Shown one piece after another: positions 27,801-40,940 of a stretch of DNA of 64,000 nucleotides (position 1 is the first letter of the stretch; each line of letters starts with the position of its first letter). Both the position numbers and the translations under genes were made by a program. Location of the stretch: NCBI GenBank assembly GCA_043228905.1, contig JBHGNT010000012.1:310001-374000 (forward strand), written 5' to 3'. The notes under the pieces were generated by a model, which searched no databases, was not told the origin of the DNA, and saw nothing but the letters and a program-made list of their open reading frames with translations. Source of the stretch: Azolla caroliniana (lineage: Eukaryota > Plantae > Polypodiophyta).

Positions 27801-28216
27801 AATCTCGTGAATCCCACGATTATAGTTTATTAATTGGTGCTTTAGGAAATATATCCAATTTCCCAAATATTTCACACCCATTACATTGTGCTCTTCATCC
27901 TTATATAGAGATGAGAGAGTCTTTTCCAACCCATGCGTTTTCTCTAACTATAGACTCCATGCTTTTTCTATAGATAGACTATATGCTTTATCTAAAGTGA
28001 TCATGCTTAAATTTCTAACTTGTGTGTTTTTCATAAACTATATCGTTCATACACACTAGAGGTGCATGCGTAGTTTTTTGTTTTTTTTAGCATGTGTTTT
28101 CTTTTAACTAAAGTTTATCCTAGGTGAACTTAGTTTTCTATGTGGGAAATCTACTTTTTAACACTAATGAAATGCTAGTGTAATGGTAAGGTTTCACATT
28201 ATTAACATGCAGGTGC
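24888..28216 (-). mobile_element. Gag-only non-autonomous LTR element (family C), nested in family B
   Basis: LTRs at 24888-25610 and 27691-28216 (truncated). PBS TGGTGAACCCGACGTGA at 27670-27686 and PPT at 25611-25625. The 2.08-kb interior carries gag but no RT, RH or INT core. Confidence 0.88.
26720..27673 (-). pseudogene. Phygy-type gag of family C
   Basis: GEFDGKDVSRYL..YKAEM and KVLMFVKSID..GLTEDWAKV are homologous to the gags at 18925 and 28630. One in-frame TGA at 27305. Confidence 0.85.
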
Positions 28217-29460
28217 AGCCCGTCTTCTCTTCGACTGGGTCACTCCACCCGGTTGCCTCCCGGACCCGTCTTTCCGCTTGGTCCGCTTCCTCTTTCCTCA
28301 GTCGTACGCCGGCGAGGCCTTCAAGCATCAACGGCCAAAATCCGGCTACCCTCGTCTTTCGGATTTCATCACTTCCGACCCGGATTCTAGCCGACGCCGA
28401 GTAGTGGATGGTCTCCGCGTGGCGAGCTGGCGCTTCTTCCATCAGCCGTTTCATACCCCCTCGTCCGACATTCAGATCCAGGGCCCTTTGGGCCTCGCTA
28501 GCATGCACCTGACCATTCCATAGGTACACCACGTTAGCTCTTATCGCTTCGGCGAAGTCCCCGCAGTCCTTTCGGGCGTGGCCTACCACGTCGCACCACA
28601 AGCATTGGTTCCCAGCCGAAGGCCTTCGGTCACGGACTTGTTTGCCGCCGTTCCTCCTTGCTTGTGCAATCTGGAGGTCCCTCACCATCTGAATCAGCTC
28701 CTCCAGACGAGCCTTTAACCATGCTGGTCGAAGTCGAGCCGGTCTCGAGCCAGTCTCGGGTCTCTTCCCTTCGCGCCGGTGGGGGTACCTCGACCTTCCT
28801 TGTCGCAATAGAACCCACCCCTATCAAGCCTTTATTGACCCACTCACACCGTTTGTCAAAACGGCTGTAGACTCTCTTTACCACAGCCCAGTCGGTTGTT
28901 AGGCCGTCATCGGTCTCCAACAGGAAGCCCACTTGCTCCCAGTCCCTTACGTCCACCGATTTAACGAACAATAGGACACAACTTGTGTCCGGTACGGTTC
29001 GGTCCAGTGCCGAAAGACGTGCGAAGCGTTCTTCAAACTCCCGAAGGAGCACCGATGTGTTTCTCCCCTTTTCGGGGGTCTCCACCCATTCCATGAAGTC
29101 CCGCTTCGATAGCCGAAGCGCATCATCAAGCCCATATTTTTCAAGGAGCCGACCTTCAAACTCTTCCCAGGTTCGACTCTCAGCCCGTACCTCAAGCACC
29201 TCCACGTGGATGCCCGACATCACCACCCAAGGGAATCCGGCCAGTCGCCTGTCCTCCGGGATGTCCCTCATCACCATTTTGGCTCGGTAAGCCTCCAAGT
29301 AGCTCGTGGCGTCCTTCCCACCGAACCGGCCTATCGTGCCGACGACTGCTTCAATAGCCCTATCGAGGGCGCTTGTGCCTTCGCGCGCACTCATTGTCTG
29401 ATCCACAGCCGAAGCCATGGCTTCTACAAGATCTGACCCTCTCATCTTTCTATTCCTCTA

Positions 29461-31350
29461 CCACCCAACGACGTGCCTAAGGACACTACGCCATCCCTGG
29501 ACCTGGACACTGGGGCGGAACCAAACATCTTGGCCCTTTTGGAGGAAGATTAAAGGGGTGGGTCCGATGTGCCATGGCACTATCCCACAGGCGTGACAGG
29601 TGTTGTCCGCCAGAATAGTAACCGACGGACAGGAGCGCAGAAATATAGAATATAGTAAAAACGTAACGCATGTAACGGTTCACGCGGGAAGCATGAACGG
29701 CTAAAAGACCATGTGTATATAAAGGGCAGATATCCTCTGTAAGAGGTAGTGTGTAAATTTGGGTGCATAGAGTGTTATCTTAATAGAGTACTATCTACTA
29801 TGTGTCTGTGATTGTTGGTGGCGTATTGTAATCGTAAGGGCGTAGGTGTGAGTGCGAGTGCTATTACTAGTGCACTGTCTAAGGAGTTCGGTTGTAGCCG
29901 TCTCCCTTATATGCTACTAGGATACGGGGAGGTATCCCATTACATATTACGGTGTCGTGTGAATCTTCACACACTATGTAAAAAAAAAATGAAATAATTA
30001 TTATAGATTAGATTAGTAGCTTATTATAGAAAGATGGATATACTCAAGAGCTTCAAAACGTATTTTACTATATACAAAATGGAGAAATAAATATCAAGTT
30101 ATGTGAAAATAAAGTTTGAGAAGATAGGGAAATTAGAACTATCCCACATAGATAGGAAACTTAAGGCCCTGGCTATATAAGTACCTTGAGCTCCCTCATT
30201 TTTCATTTGTGCTAAGAGCACTTTGGCCACTTTGTCTTGATGGATGATGGTGGCCAGGTTCCCAAAAAACTGGAAACCGGTCGGCAAGCAAATCCGGAAA
30301 CCGGTTTGTATGCAAACCGGAAACTAACCGGTAAACAAATTCGGAAATCGGTTGGTAAGCAAATCCGGAATCTGGAAACCAGTCGGTAAGCAAAACTGGA
30401 ATCCGGAAACCGGCCGATAAGCAAAACTGTAAATCGGTCAATAAGCAAAACCAGAAATCGGCCGGTAAGCAAATCTGGAATCCGGAAACCGGCCGGCGAG
30501 GGATTCGGCGATCGGGCGGAACCGGCTATCGGACGAGGTTGGACACGGACTGACGGAAGATTGGATCATGCAACAAACTAAAGTAAAGTGAAGAGAACTA
30601 AAGTAAAGGCCATGTGGACGCAAGCAACTAAAGTTGGAGTGCATGCAAAAAGTAAAGGTCATGTGGACGGTCGCATGCAACTAAAAGAAAAAGCCATGCA
30701 ACTAAAAATAGATGCAACTAAAAGAAAAAGCTAAGCAACTAAAAGTAGAGGCCGTGCAACAAAAAGTGGACATGTAGATGATCAAGGGAGAACTCATATA
30801 AAATTCCATTTTTTTTCCTACACGGATGCTCTCTCCATATTATCTTAAATTTATTTATTTTTCTTTCGGAGTTCCCTTATCTTATCGAAGCCATATCTCT
30901 CAAGTAAAACCCGAATTTCCTTACGGAAGCCATATCTTACTCATAACTCTAAATTTCCATACGGAAGCTATTCAACTCATAAAACCATAATCTCTTATCA
31001 AAGCCAAAAACCCTAATTTCTATAGAATTCATATCTTAATTTCCTCTAATCTATTACTCTAGCCATCTCCATTAGCAAACTTTTTGTAATCCCAATCTCG
31101 AGATTAATTGTAATCTTTCTTTCTACTTGTTAATGAAATTTGTTAATCTTTCTCATTTCGGTTAATTCTTAGTACATAAATACACGAATTTGATATCCTC
31201 TAGTCAAAGGCCCCAGGGTCTTGCCTCAACGTTCACATATCCTCGTCGTATTTTCGCGACAACGGTACGATGGTACCATTCATTGCAACGTAGTCACTTT
31301 GAGGTTTAGGTCGAAGGACTGACCGTAGACTGTGTTCCTAATCGGCAACG
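29461..31350 (+). mobile_element. Second family D 3' end (PPT and LTR), split by a solo LTR
   Basis: PPT GGAGGAAGATTAAAGGGGTGGG, then LTR 29570-29952 and 31266-31350, which is the reverse complement of 6430-6926. Confidence 0.88.
29953..31261. mobile_element. Solo LTR (1309 bp, family E) with 4-bp TSD
   Basis: TGTCGTG...CGCGACA termini flanked by ACGG on both sides. Removing it restores the family D LTR. Contains a CCGG-rich minisatellite at ~30270-30530. Confidence 0.88.
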
Positions 31351-32850
31351 ATGATCAATTGGAGGTAAGAAGTACTTCTCTGACGAATTTATCTCCTACC
31401 TCCAAAGTGAAGGCATCCGGAGAGAATTCTCGCCCGATACACACCCCAACAAAATGGAGTAGCCGAAAGGAAGAATCGGCACATACTTGAGGTAGCACGT
31501 GCCATGATGCATGAGAAGCACATGCCAAACTTCTATTGTGTCGAAGTGGCAGCCACAACCATCGATCTCATGAACCAGTGCACCACTAATGAGGTGCATG
31601 AGCTAACTCCATATGAGCTTCTGGTCAGAAGGAAGCCTATCCTATTGCACCTCAAAATGTTCGGAAGCGTTGCGAATGTATACGTCCCAAGTGAAAAATG
31701 AAAGAAGTTCGACGCGAAGTCGGAGAAATGTATCCTCGTAGGATACTTGTCCGAGCAAAAGGCATACAAGTGCTATAACCCTTCGACCTGAGCGGTTCGG
31801 GTGAGTCGAGACTAGGTCTTCGACAAATCGGCATCTTGGTAAAAGCCCAATTCGGCTCCACCCGACCTGACCGAGGAAGAGTTGAATGTCAACTCGGATA
31901 ATGATATTCGGTTAGGTCCTTTACCAAAGGACAATTTAAGCTCTACCGAGCTAAGACGACCACACGAGCCTTCAGCCTTCCAAGTGCGTCTCAACTAGGG
32001 GCCGGATCAGACAAAGGCAAAGGTAAGATGGTGGAATACGAAGTCGACCACCCCGACGACAGTGATTCGGATGTGTCGGTTCCCTCACTAGACAGTGAGT
32101 TTTGTGTACCCATCATGCGTACACCCGCAATAAAGAAGGCGCTCACATCAGCAAGTGAAAAACTTTGACGCTCATCTAGAGAGAAGAACCTCGTCACTCA
32201 GCTCGGCTACAACGAGTATATGGCCCATCATTATGCCTTCGAGATGAAGGTAGTGGCCGAACAAGTGACCAAGAGCTCTACCAAAGAGGCTCGTGACCCA
32301 CAATGTGTGGGAGCAGTTGGCCTTCGCCCATTTCACACTGCAAGCCTTTGTCACCGGCTTGAGGGGGAGGAACCGAGATTGCCTCAGAAAGGCTGAAGAC
32401 AACGAAAGCCAAAGCGGACGTCGGATGCCTCGCACTTGAGCTTGAGGGGGCGTGTTGAGATATCAAGCTCAACTAGATTTAGTTAGTTACTCAACACACA
32501 TAACTTAGTAGTTACCTAGATAGAATCTAGTTAGTGTGTTGACCTTAAAGCCTTAAATAAGATTTTGTACTTTGAGTGGGATACATTGTAGATCCTCCAC
32601 TCCCATGTTCATTTAATATAAGACTTACACCTTTGTACCTACCTATATTCTACTCACACATGTGCACCTTTGCACATGAAATGTATATATACCTCATTGT
32701 TGGTATTTTTGTATTTGATGATGCTTTTTAATATACACTCGTGTTAATCATCCCCCATTTATATTATTGTTCATAAGTGCAACTTCCTCTCTCTCTCTCT
32801 CTCCCTCTCACACACATACACACACATATCTCATAATCTTTCTCTTATCA
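31351..32850 (+). mobile_element. Copia fragment: integrase core, PPT and 3' LTR; RT/RH absent
   Basis: YTPQQNGVAERKNRHILEVARAMM and KFDAKSEKCILVGY. PPT TTGAGGGGGCG followed by TGTTGA at 32453. The LTR end is uncertain. Confidence 0.8.
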
Positions 32851-34824
32851 ACCACTCACATAATTAGACATTAATTAACCCTCTTAATTACCTATTATTA
32901 ACAGTGCCCATACAACATAGTTGGGAAAACAACCAAATCAACTCCCCTTTCAGCATATTTATTTGTTGTGGTACTCCATGAAACCCATCAAACAAGAACC
33001 CATTTCTTAGGCTCCAATTATACCACATCCTCAAATACCTTATAAGATAGTGAACACGTTTGCGTTCACAAGTGGAAGGATCGCGCATTCCACTTATAGA
33101 TTCCTTTTGTAATTATCCAAATGTACCCTCTCTACAAAAATTGGTTGCACTAATATCACATGTTCAACAACTTGATTAGAATTTGCAAAATTAATAAAAC
33201 ATGATAGGTCTCCGAATAGAGAACATGTGAAATTTACTCAACTTTGGAATTGTTGATATGTTAATGCGATTATAATAAAGTCCAACAATGGCTCAATATC
33301 ACACTTTTGGAAAACACTCAGATAAAGACTTAACTTTGTTTGGTAAGTTTAGCAATACTATGAGGCGTAATTGTATCCATGTTAATAAAATGAGTTATAA
33401 TTAAGAGTTTGACCCATACTTGTACCTATATCTTAATTGTTCTTAATGTAAGATAGTGAACCTTAGGATAATGTGATTGAAATAACAAAGATATTAAAGC
33501 TTTCCATACTTGTGTTTAAAGTTGATGCAATCTAATTCTTAGGTGATTCTCATGGGATCGAACTACGAATGATAACGCTAGTTAAACTACAAGTGTATGA
33601 AACATGTGGATATTGATGAGAGGTGTTACTCCAAGGTTGTGCAACTAATGGGACGGTGTAGCATCGTCCATTATCAACACACTACCCATTCTAAGCAGTA
33701 ATAGAAGACAAAGAACCATAATATATGGACAATTATATATTAGACACACTTTGTCAGTCTTGAAAGTCTCCAAACTGACAATCTCGACATGATTGTGTGC
33801 AACATATGGAAATGGGGATAATATGTTCAAGTAAACTTGAACCTGGAAGATTGTCACTATCAATAAGTCATGTTTCTTCGATGCTCGAAATGAGGCTTAA
33901 GGTATTCATGTTTCTCCATATTAGAGACAACAATAGATGCGCGACATTAGGCTTAAGGTTAAGTAAATCATTTTTCTCCATATTAGAGTCAACAATATAT
34001 GTTATGCACCTTTTCTGTTGTTCCTTTGATATTATCATACTCTCCCTTAATTGTGTGTATCAAGTTGTCCCCGAACATCTTTATCATATCCACCACATTA
34101 TACTCGATACCTTCATATTTCTTGCTGCATCGACACTTCCACCACACCCATAAAGCATTAATCGAAACAATATTCCAAACAAAAGACTTTTTAAAATATT
34201 TACCACCCGCAATGTTCAGGAAAACCGCTTCAATTCTATTCTCCGATACACGCAATGCTTCCGCATATTGTTCCCCTTTGTACATGGATACCTACACATC
34301 CAAAGACCCCCAAAAAATGGCTACCCATGTAAAAATCGCTCCTCTATATTTACACGAAAACATCCTTAATATTCTTCCCCAATATTTTCGAGTTGTAATA
34401 CAAGTCTAGAACAAATGTTTCAAAGTCTCCTCCTGTAATTGGCAGCACACACAATGCCGATTATAAACCTGTCCTTTTAGATGAAAATCTACAAGTAAAG
34501 CATAATGATGTAATAACCACGTAAAAGAAATGGCTCTCCGCAAACATGGTAGATACTAGAGCCCATAAACTTTTCCAGTAAGCTGCTAGATATTGAGACG
34601 ATATTGCACCTGACTCCCAATACTTTTGTGCAGCATGACTTAAGCAATGTCGATGCAACAAGAAACGTCTCCCATAGGCCACGGAATACTGGAAAAAAGG
34701 AATAGTTCTACTTTCTTGTTCATTTGTCGAGGACCTTCCAACCAACAACCATGCATTATCAGCCAAATCCCAATTCAATTGTTCCACCAATTTACTTTGA
34801 AATGCCCATCGTTGTCGTGCATGG

Positions 34825-35464
34825 TAGCAATAGGCCCGGTTTCGGCTTAAACCGAACCGAACCGAACCGTTAAACCATGGCTTAAAGGTTTATAAGTTCC
34901 AAAATAATTAAATGGTTTGCTTTGCTTTTAATTAATAATAAACGGTTCGGTTTCAGTTTAGTTTGGTTTATAGGTTTATAGGCTTGGTTTATAGGTTTAT
35001 AGGTTTGGTTTATAGGCTTATAGGTTTGGCTTATAGGTTTATAGGTTTTTGGGCTATCTTTTTTTATCCATAAAATGTTTATGTAATTTAATGGTTTAAT
35101 TAATGTTTTTCATTGGTTTATTTCACTTAACTTAATTGTTTATTTAATCTAATGGCTCAATTAATCTTATTTATTTATTTATTTTAACGTAAATGCTTAT
35201 TTAATTTTATGTATTTTTATTTAATTAGCTTGGCTTAAATGTGGTTAGGTTTAAATTTTTTATTAAATGGTTTGGTTTGGTTTTAACTTTTCCCTAAACG
35301 ATTTTGGTTTAAATGGTTTAGTTTACGTTTTTTTAAATAGTTTGGTTTAAATGTTCAAATGTTCATAAATGGTTTGGTTTGGTTTTTGTTTTATATAAAG
35401 GGTTTGGTTTGGTTTCAAGGCACCGAAACCAAACTGAATCGAAATCGAACCGGGCCCATTGCTA
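34825..35464. mobile_element. hAT-type MITE (640 bp)
   Basis: TIR TAGCAATRGGCCCGGTT, exact 8-bp TSD GTGCATGG, and AACCG/GGTTT subterminal repeats. Confidence 0.93.
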
Positions 35465-35736
35465 GTGCATGGTCTGCCAAACCTAGCAATGACCCTAATG
35501 GGTTTTTGGGAGGCTAGTTGCATAACTTCAGCTTCGTCTTCCACTAAATATAAAAAACCACCATGTCCAACCTCATAAAATCTTATTCTACCCTCGTTAA
35601 TGTATGAACTGGCACCTAATAAAATGCCCAAAGGAGAGAAAAGACCATACCATGTATAATTGTTATGTAAGTTAATTTTCCTTTGACAATTCTGAAAAGC
35701 ATGTTGAATGTGAACGGACATCAAATATCCCCCACG

Positions 35737-36159
35737 TGTCAAGAATAGTACTAAAGCAGAGATGGAATTAGTACTAAGAAGAGAAGTACTATTAGTACTA
35801 AGAGGACGGGACTGCGTAAGATTCCCGAGAGAGGAAGTGAGAAGAGGAGAGAGAGAGAAAGATGATGACAGCAGCTAATATATTATGTGAAAAGATAAGT
35901 ACAAAGCGGTTGAGAGGCTTAAGACTGGCGTTGAACCAATTTGGTTCAACATAATGCCTAGTGCCTTCTTTTATAGTGTTGTAAGGAGTAATCCTGAAAC
36001 TTCTAGAATGTTCCAGAGAAATCTGGAATATACATTACTTTCTTATAATAAAACATAAATGAAAATAATATCCTATGAATTACAATAGATGGTGTGATGG
36101 TTAAGAGCTCGACCCATATACCATAAGGTCATGGGTTCGAGTCTTGCCATATCATGACA
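35737..36159 (-). repeat. 3' LTR of the chromovirus
   Basis: TGTCA...TGACA termini; pairs with 40941-41363. Confidence 0.96.
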
Positions 36160-36170
36160 CTATTTCCCCC

Positions 36171-39100
36171 TTAAAGACGACGAGTGGAACGAGTCGGCGC
36201 TGATTGCGGACCGGGTTTGTCCCGATACTTTTGCTGGAAATCAGCAAGCAGATCCTGAGCATTGGCAACATGCTCGACGGGTTCCCAAGTGCGTTCGCTC
36301 GGACTATAACCAACCCAATCGACCAAATAATAAAGTTTATTGCGAATAAGTTTGGAATCGAGAATGGCAGCAACTTCATACTCCGGGCCGGCGTCCAACT
36401 CCAGCGGGGGCGGCGGTGGTGTAACACGATCGGGAACGGTGTTTGCTTTATAAGGTTCAAGAAGAGAACAATGGAAAACCAGATGTGTCTGAAGCTGCGG
36501 AGGGAGATCAAGGCGGAATGTGACATCATTAACTTTACCCGTACTACGGAAAGGACCGAGTCGTCGATAATCCAACTTGTCGCACGGTTGAGTAGTCTTG
36601 ATGTGACGACGTAAGAGCCATACTCGATCTCCGATGGCAAAAGAGGGGGGAAGCCGATGACGATCCACATAAGTCTTCTGTGTCTGTTGAGCATGATGAA
36701 GATGAGTCGAGAGATCTGTCTAGATCTTGCGTAGTCTCTCCAAATGATCCTCGGCACGAGGATTGGTAGGTTGCTTCGGGGTGTCGATCACCGACCAGCG
36801 AGGATGAGAACCGGTATAAGCGTAGAATGGGGAGACTCGAGTCGAGGAGTGAACAACATTATTATACGCAAACTCCGCAAAGTGGAGAATCTCGGCCCAA
36901 TTGTTCTGTTGATAACTCAGGAAACACCAGAGATATTGCTCCAGCGTTTGGTTTGTTCGTTCTGCCTGCCCATCGGTCTGAGGATGGTAGCCGGAGGAGA
37001 GGTTGCAAGAGACCTTGAGCATCTTGAAGAGATGCTGCCAAAATTTGGAGACAAATTGCAGTCCTCGGTCACTAATGATACTGTCTGGGAGGCCATGATG
37101 CCGAAATACCTCACGCATGACTAGGGCAGCAGTTTCCTCGCTAGTGATGGCCTTAGTACACGGAACAAAATGTGCCATCTTCATATATCGATCGACGACG
37201 GTTAAGATAGCATCGAACCCCTGCGAGACCGGTAGATCTGTGATAAAATCACGACAAATAGACTGCCACGGCTTACTAGGAATCGGTAAGGGTTCCAACA
37301 AGCCATATGGATGGTGTCGTGGCATCTTTGCTCGGCAGCAAGCATCACAGGTCCGAACGTAGTCATCGATAAAACAGTGCATGTGGGGCCACCAAAAAGT
37401 TCGTTGCACTAGCTCCAATGTCTTAGTATTACCGAAATGTCCCGTTGTATGGGTGTCGTGACAATGCTGGACGATTTGAAGGCGACAAGAGCAATCGGGG
37501 ACATATGCGCGCTTTTTAAAGAATAACAAACCATCATGATATTCGAATTGTCGGTAGTCAATACCTGGTTGTTGAGATTGAGAACAGGATGCCCAAGAAG
37601 TATCAATGTGCGCTAGGATGTCTTGAGCAAAACTATCCGTCTTCAAGTTTGCACGTATGTCATCGGTAATCCGTGAATCCATCGGGGTGTGAAAAATCCG
37701 CGTCGTGTGCAATCGTGTTGGTCCCAAGATTACTTGCTTTTGATTATCAAATATTGGATCACCAGGATGAGGTGCAAGATACATCTACTTTTCCTTGCTG
37801 CTTCCCCGGTCGATATGTGATTTTGAAGTCGAAACGCGTGAGGAATTGCGCCCACCGAGCTTGCCGTCGATTTAGTACACGAGCGTTCTGGAAATAAGCA
37901 AGATTTTTATGATCACTAAAGACAATGACCTGATGTGGAGAGCCCTCTAAGAAATGCCACCATTACACAAATGAATCCACGATGGCTAATAACTCATTGT
38001 CATGTATTTCGTAGTTGATTTCCGCAACATCGAATTTGCGCGAATGGAAAGCCAACGGATGCAACTCTTCTTTATCTCCTTGTTGAGAAAGGATGCTACC
38101 GAGGGCGAAATCTGAAGCATCGGCCTCCATGATGAATGGTTTGCTAGTATCCACATGAGCTAGAATCAGTGCTGATGTAAAGGCTTTCTTAAGATGCCGA
38201 AAAGCCATATCTGCTTCAATGGACCAATGAAATGCTTGGCCCTTCTTCATAAGTTGTGTGAGGGGTAAGATAATCTTTGAGTAATCCTGTAAAAACTTAC
38301 GGTAGAAGTTAGCAAAACCTAGAAAACATTGTACATCTCGTACCGACCGTGGAATTTGCCACTCTAGTACAGTTTGGACTTTAGCTAGATCCATGGCGAT
38401 GCCCTTTGAGGAGATGACGTAGCCTAGAAATTCTACTTGCTTGCAGTCAAAGCTACATTTTTCTAGCTTGGCATAAAGACCATTCTCGCGGAGTCGCTTT
38501 AGTACTAATAGTACATGAGAATCGTGCTCTTGCTGGGTCTTCGAATAAATCAATAGATCATCAAGATAGATGATCAAACAGATATCCAAGAGGTCTCTGA
38601 ATATATCATTTGCCATGTGTTGGAAGACTGCGAGTGCATTGGTTAGACCGAACGGCATAACAGTATACTCGAAATGCCCATACCGCGTCCGAAAGGCGGT
38701 CTTCCATTCATCTCCCGGTCGGATCCGCACGAGGTTATACACTCCTCGTAGATCGATTTTGGTAAAAAACTTGGCACCATTAACTCGATCTAAAAGACTT
38801 GATATAAGAGGAAGTGCATACCTATTCCGGATGGTGACCTTATTCAATCCGCGGTAATCAACGACGAGACGAAGTGAACCATCTTTCTTCTTGACAAAGG
38901 AGATGGGTGCATCGGCCGGAGATTTCGAATGACGAATGAACCCGCTTGCCAAGTTCTCCTCTATGTAGGCTCGAAGGACTTCTAACTCGGTGGGTGACAA
39001 GTTGTAAATTGGTCCCCATGGTGGCTCGGTTCTTGGTTGTAAATCGATGGGACAGTCATAGGGACGGTGATGAGGAAGGGTACCGGCTTTTACCTTGTCA

Positions 39101-39620
39101 AATACATCGGCATAAGGATGATATTTTGCCGGAAGTTGTACTGAGGAGTACTTCTTAATAGTGTTGGAAGGATGTACTGATATTGCAAATAGGAACATTG
39201 CCTCCTTGTGTCCTTCTTCGCATAATTGATGGAGTGAAATGGTCAAAACTCGGTGAGTAGATTCTTGGGGTGGTCGATATCGGACTTCTCTTGTCCTAGG
39301 ATTATGTAATTCAAACCAAGGTAATCCTCGGACAATGGGATGCTCTAGACTACTAATTATATTAAATGATATTACACACACAAAACTACCTAGGACAACT
39401 TGAATGGGTTCTGATTCTTCTACAATATTCCCGGAAGCAATGGGACGACCATCAATGACTACTACAGATGCGGGACAAGGAAGTTTTCTTAGGGATATCT
39501 GAGAAGCTTGGGCAAAATTTCGATCCATGAAACAGGAATTAGCTCCGAAATCTAAGAGTGCTAGGACGGGTACTGGGGAGTACTTTTAGTACTAACAATG
39601 ACTTGGGCTAGGAACACATT
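36171..39620 (-). pseudogene. Chromovirus pol with chromodomain, premature stops
   Basis: PR LLDFGANSCF; RT KIDLRGVYN and YLDDLLIY; RH EADASDFALG; INT DFITDLP and YHPQTDGQAER; chromodomain YEVAAILD..YLVDWVGY..TWEP. Confidence 0.95.
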
Positions 39621-39880
39621 GCTAACTTGCTTGGAAGGAATGGAACCACTAATGGGCTGTACAGATCTAGGGCTGCTGTCCAACCAAACGGCTCCTATTT
39701 TGGCTGGACTCAATCGTTTAACTCTTCATCGAATTGACTAAGGATTTCAAATTTGTTTGAGATACTTGGGCTATTAGTACTATGAATACTATATGACACT
39801 CTATTAGTACTATTAATATTATCAGACACTCCGAAGGGAAGAATTGACTCGGGTTTAGTACAAGCGACGATTTGATTTAC

Positions 39881-40867
39881 CTATCTTCTTGGCCTATGGG
39901 GACAATTGATGGTGATATGCCCTGGTCCACCCCAATAAAGACATAATCGATTGGCACGTCGTCGTCGCTTTTCTTCTTCCGATAACAGGTCGCATCGACG
40001 CATGGTGTCGATCTCCATCGGTGTCGGAATATTGGCTTGAGGTACATCGCGTGCAAACGGTTTAGCCATGATTGAGGCGTATGTGGGTTCCGGCCAAGAG
40101 CGTGGTATTTGTAACTGATGCTCTGAACGTCGTTCGAAAAGGCGGTTGTCGCATCAGACCGCTCGACTGATTGCCTCCGTAAGAGACTTTGGTTCTTCGG
40201 GGAAGGTTAAAAGCAGATCTTTGACATCATTGCGCAAGCCGTAGCGAAACTGCTCCATGAGGGCCTGATCATCCCAGGGAATATCTGAGGCGAGTAGACG
40301 GAAATCCGCCGCGTAGGCAGAGGCTGGACGATCGCCTTGACGTAATCTTCAGATCTTGTTGATCGTCGTCCTGATGTTGTCGGTATCTCCAAAGCAGGCT
40401 TTAAACTCACCAATAAAATCTTCAAAGTTATTAAGCAAGTGTGATTGTTTTTCTAGAAGTGGAGCGAACAATGCCAAGGCTGAGCCGCTAAGTAACGTGC
40501 CTATTAGGCCGACTCGAGATGCATCAGTGGGATATCGGGAAGGATGCATCTAGATGACTAAGCGTACCTGATTAAGGAATCCCCGGAATTGCGATCGCGT
40601 TCCATCAAATTTCACAGGAAGTCCAATCTTGGGCTCATTATGAAATCCTTGGGAACTTGATCCTTGTTGTTGCAACGCTGCTTCGAGTTGTTGTACCCGT
40701 AATGCTAACTCCCCATGTTGTTGTTGCGTTTGTTGTTTTTCGAGAGCGATTTGTTGCAGATCCCCTATCAACCGTTGGTTTTCTTGTTCTAGGGAAACAA
40801 ACTTTTCTTTTAGGCACTGTAACTCGAAGAAAACGGATTGATATTCTTGGGCTCTAACAGTAGCCAT
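39881..40867 (-). pseudogene. Chromovirus gag
   Basis: PVKFDGTRSQFRGFL, PMEID and a LCLYWGGPGH knuckle remnant. Has a stop and a frameshift. Confidence 0.9.
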
Positions 40868-40940
40868 AGTATAGGGAAAAGGGTAGGAGGATGAGGGAGA
40901 ACGACAAGTAGGCTGGAGGAAAGGAAAAATTGGTTCAAAC

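Larger units (their letters stand above)
21350..29460 (-). mobile_element. Phygy-like Gypsy (family B): 3' LTR 21350-21955, pol 22100-24887, gag 28217-29445
   Basis: LTR TGTCGCA...CCACGACA with PPT. INT HESPWAGHRG and YNPEANGKVERGH; RH VTVDTSPTGIG and ADMLSR; RT DLYSGYDQF and FLDDIPI; gag CLWCDVVGHARKDC. The protease region is deleted. Confidence 0.9.

Noticed and set aside
32888-33650. Continuation of the ParB-like gene (methyltransferase) beyond the LINE, or a Ulp1 protease fragment
   Set aside because: No DPPY/SPPY or FxGxG motif was seen. The VPQQIN match lacks the following DCG, so it is too weak to call.
36088-36155. Functional tRNA gene
   Set aside because: The A/B boxes are present, but no acceptor or anticodon stem can be formed. 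Reported as tRNA-like only.
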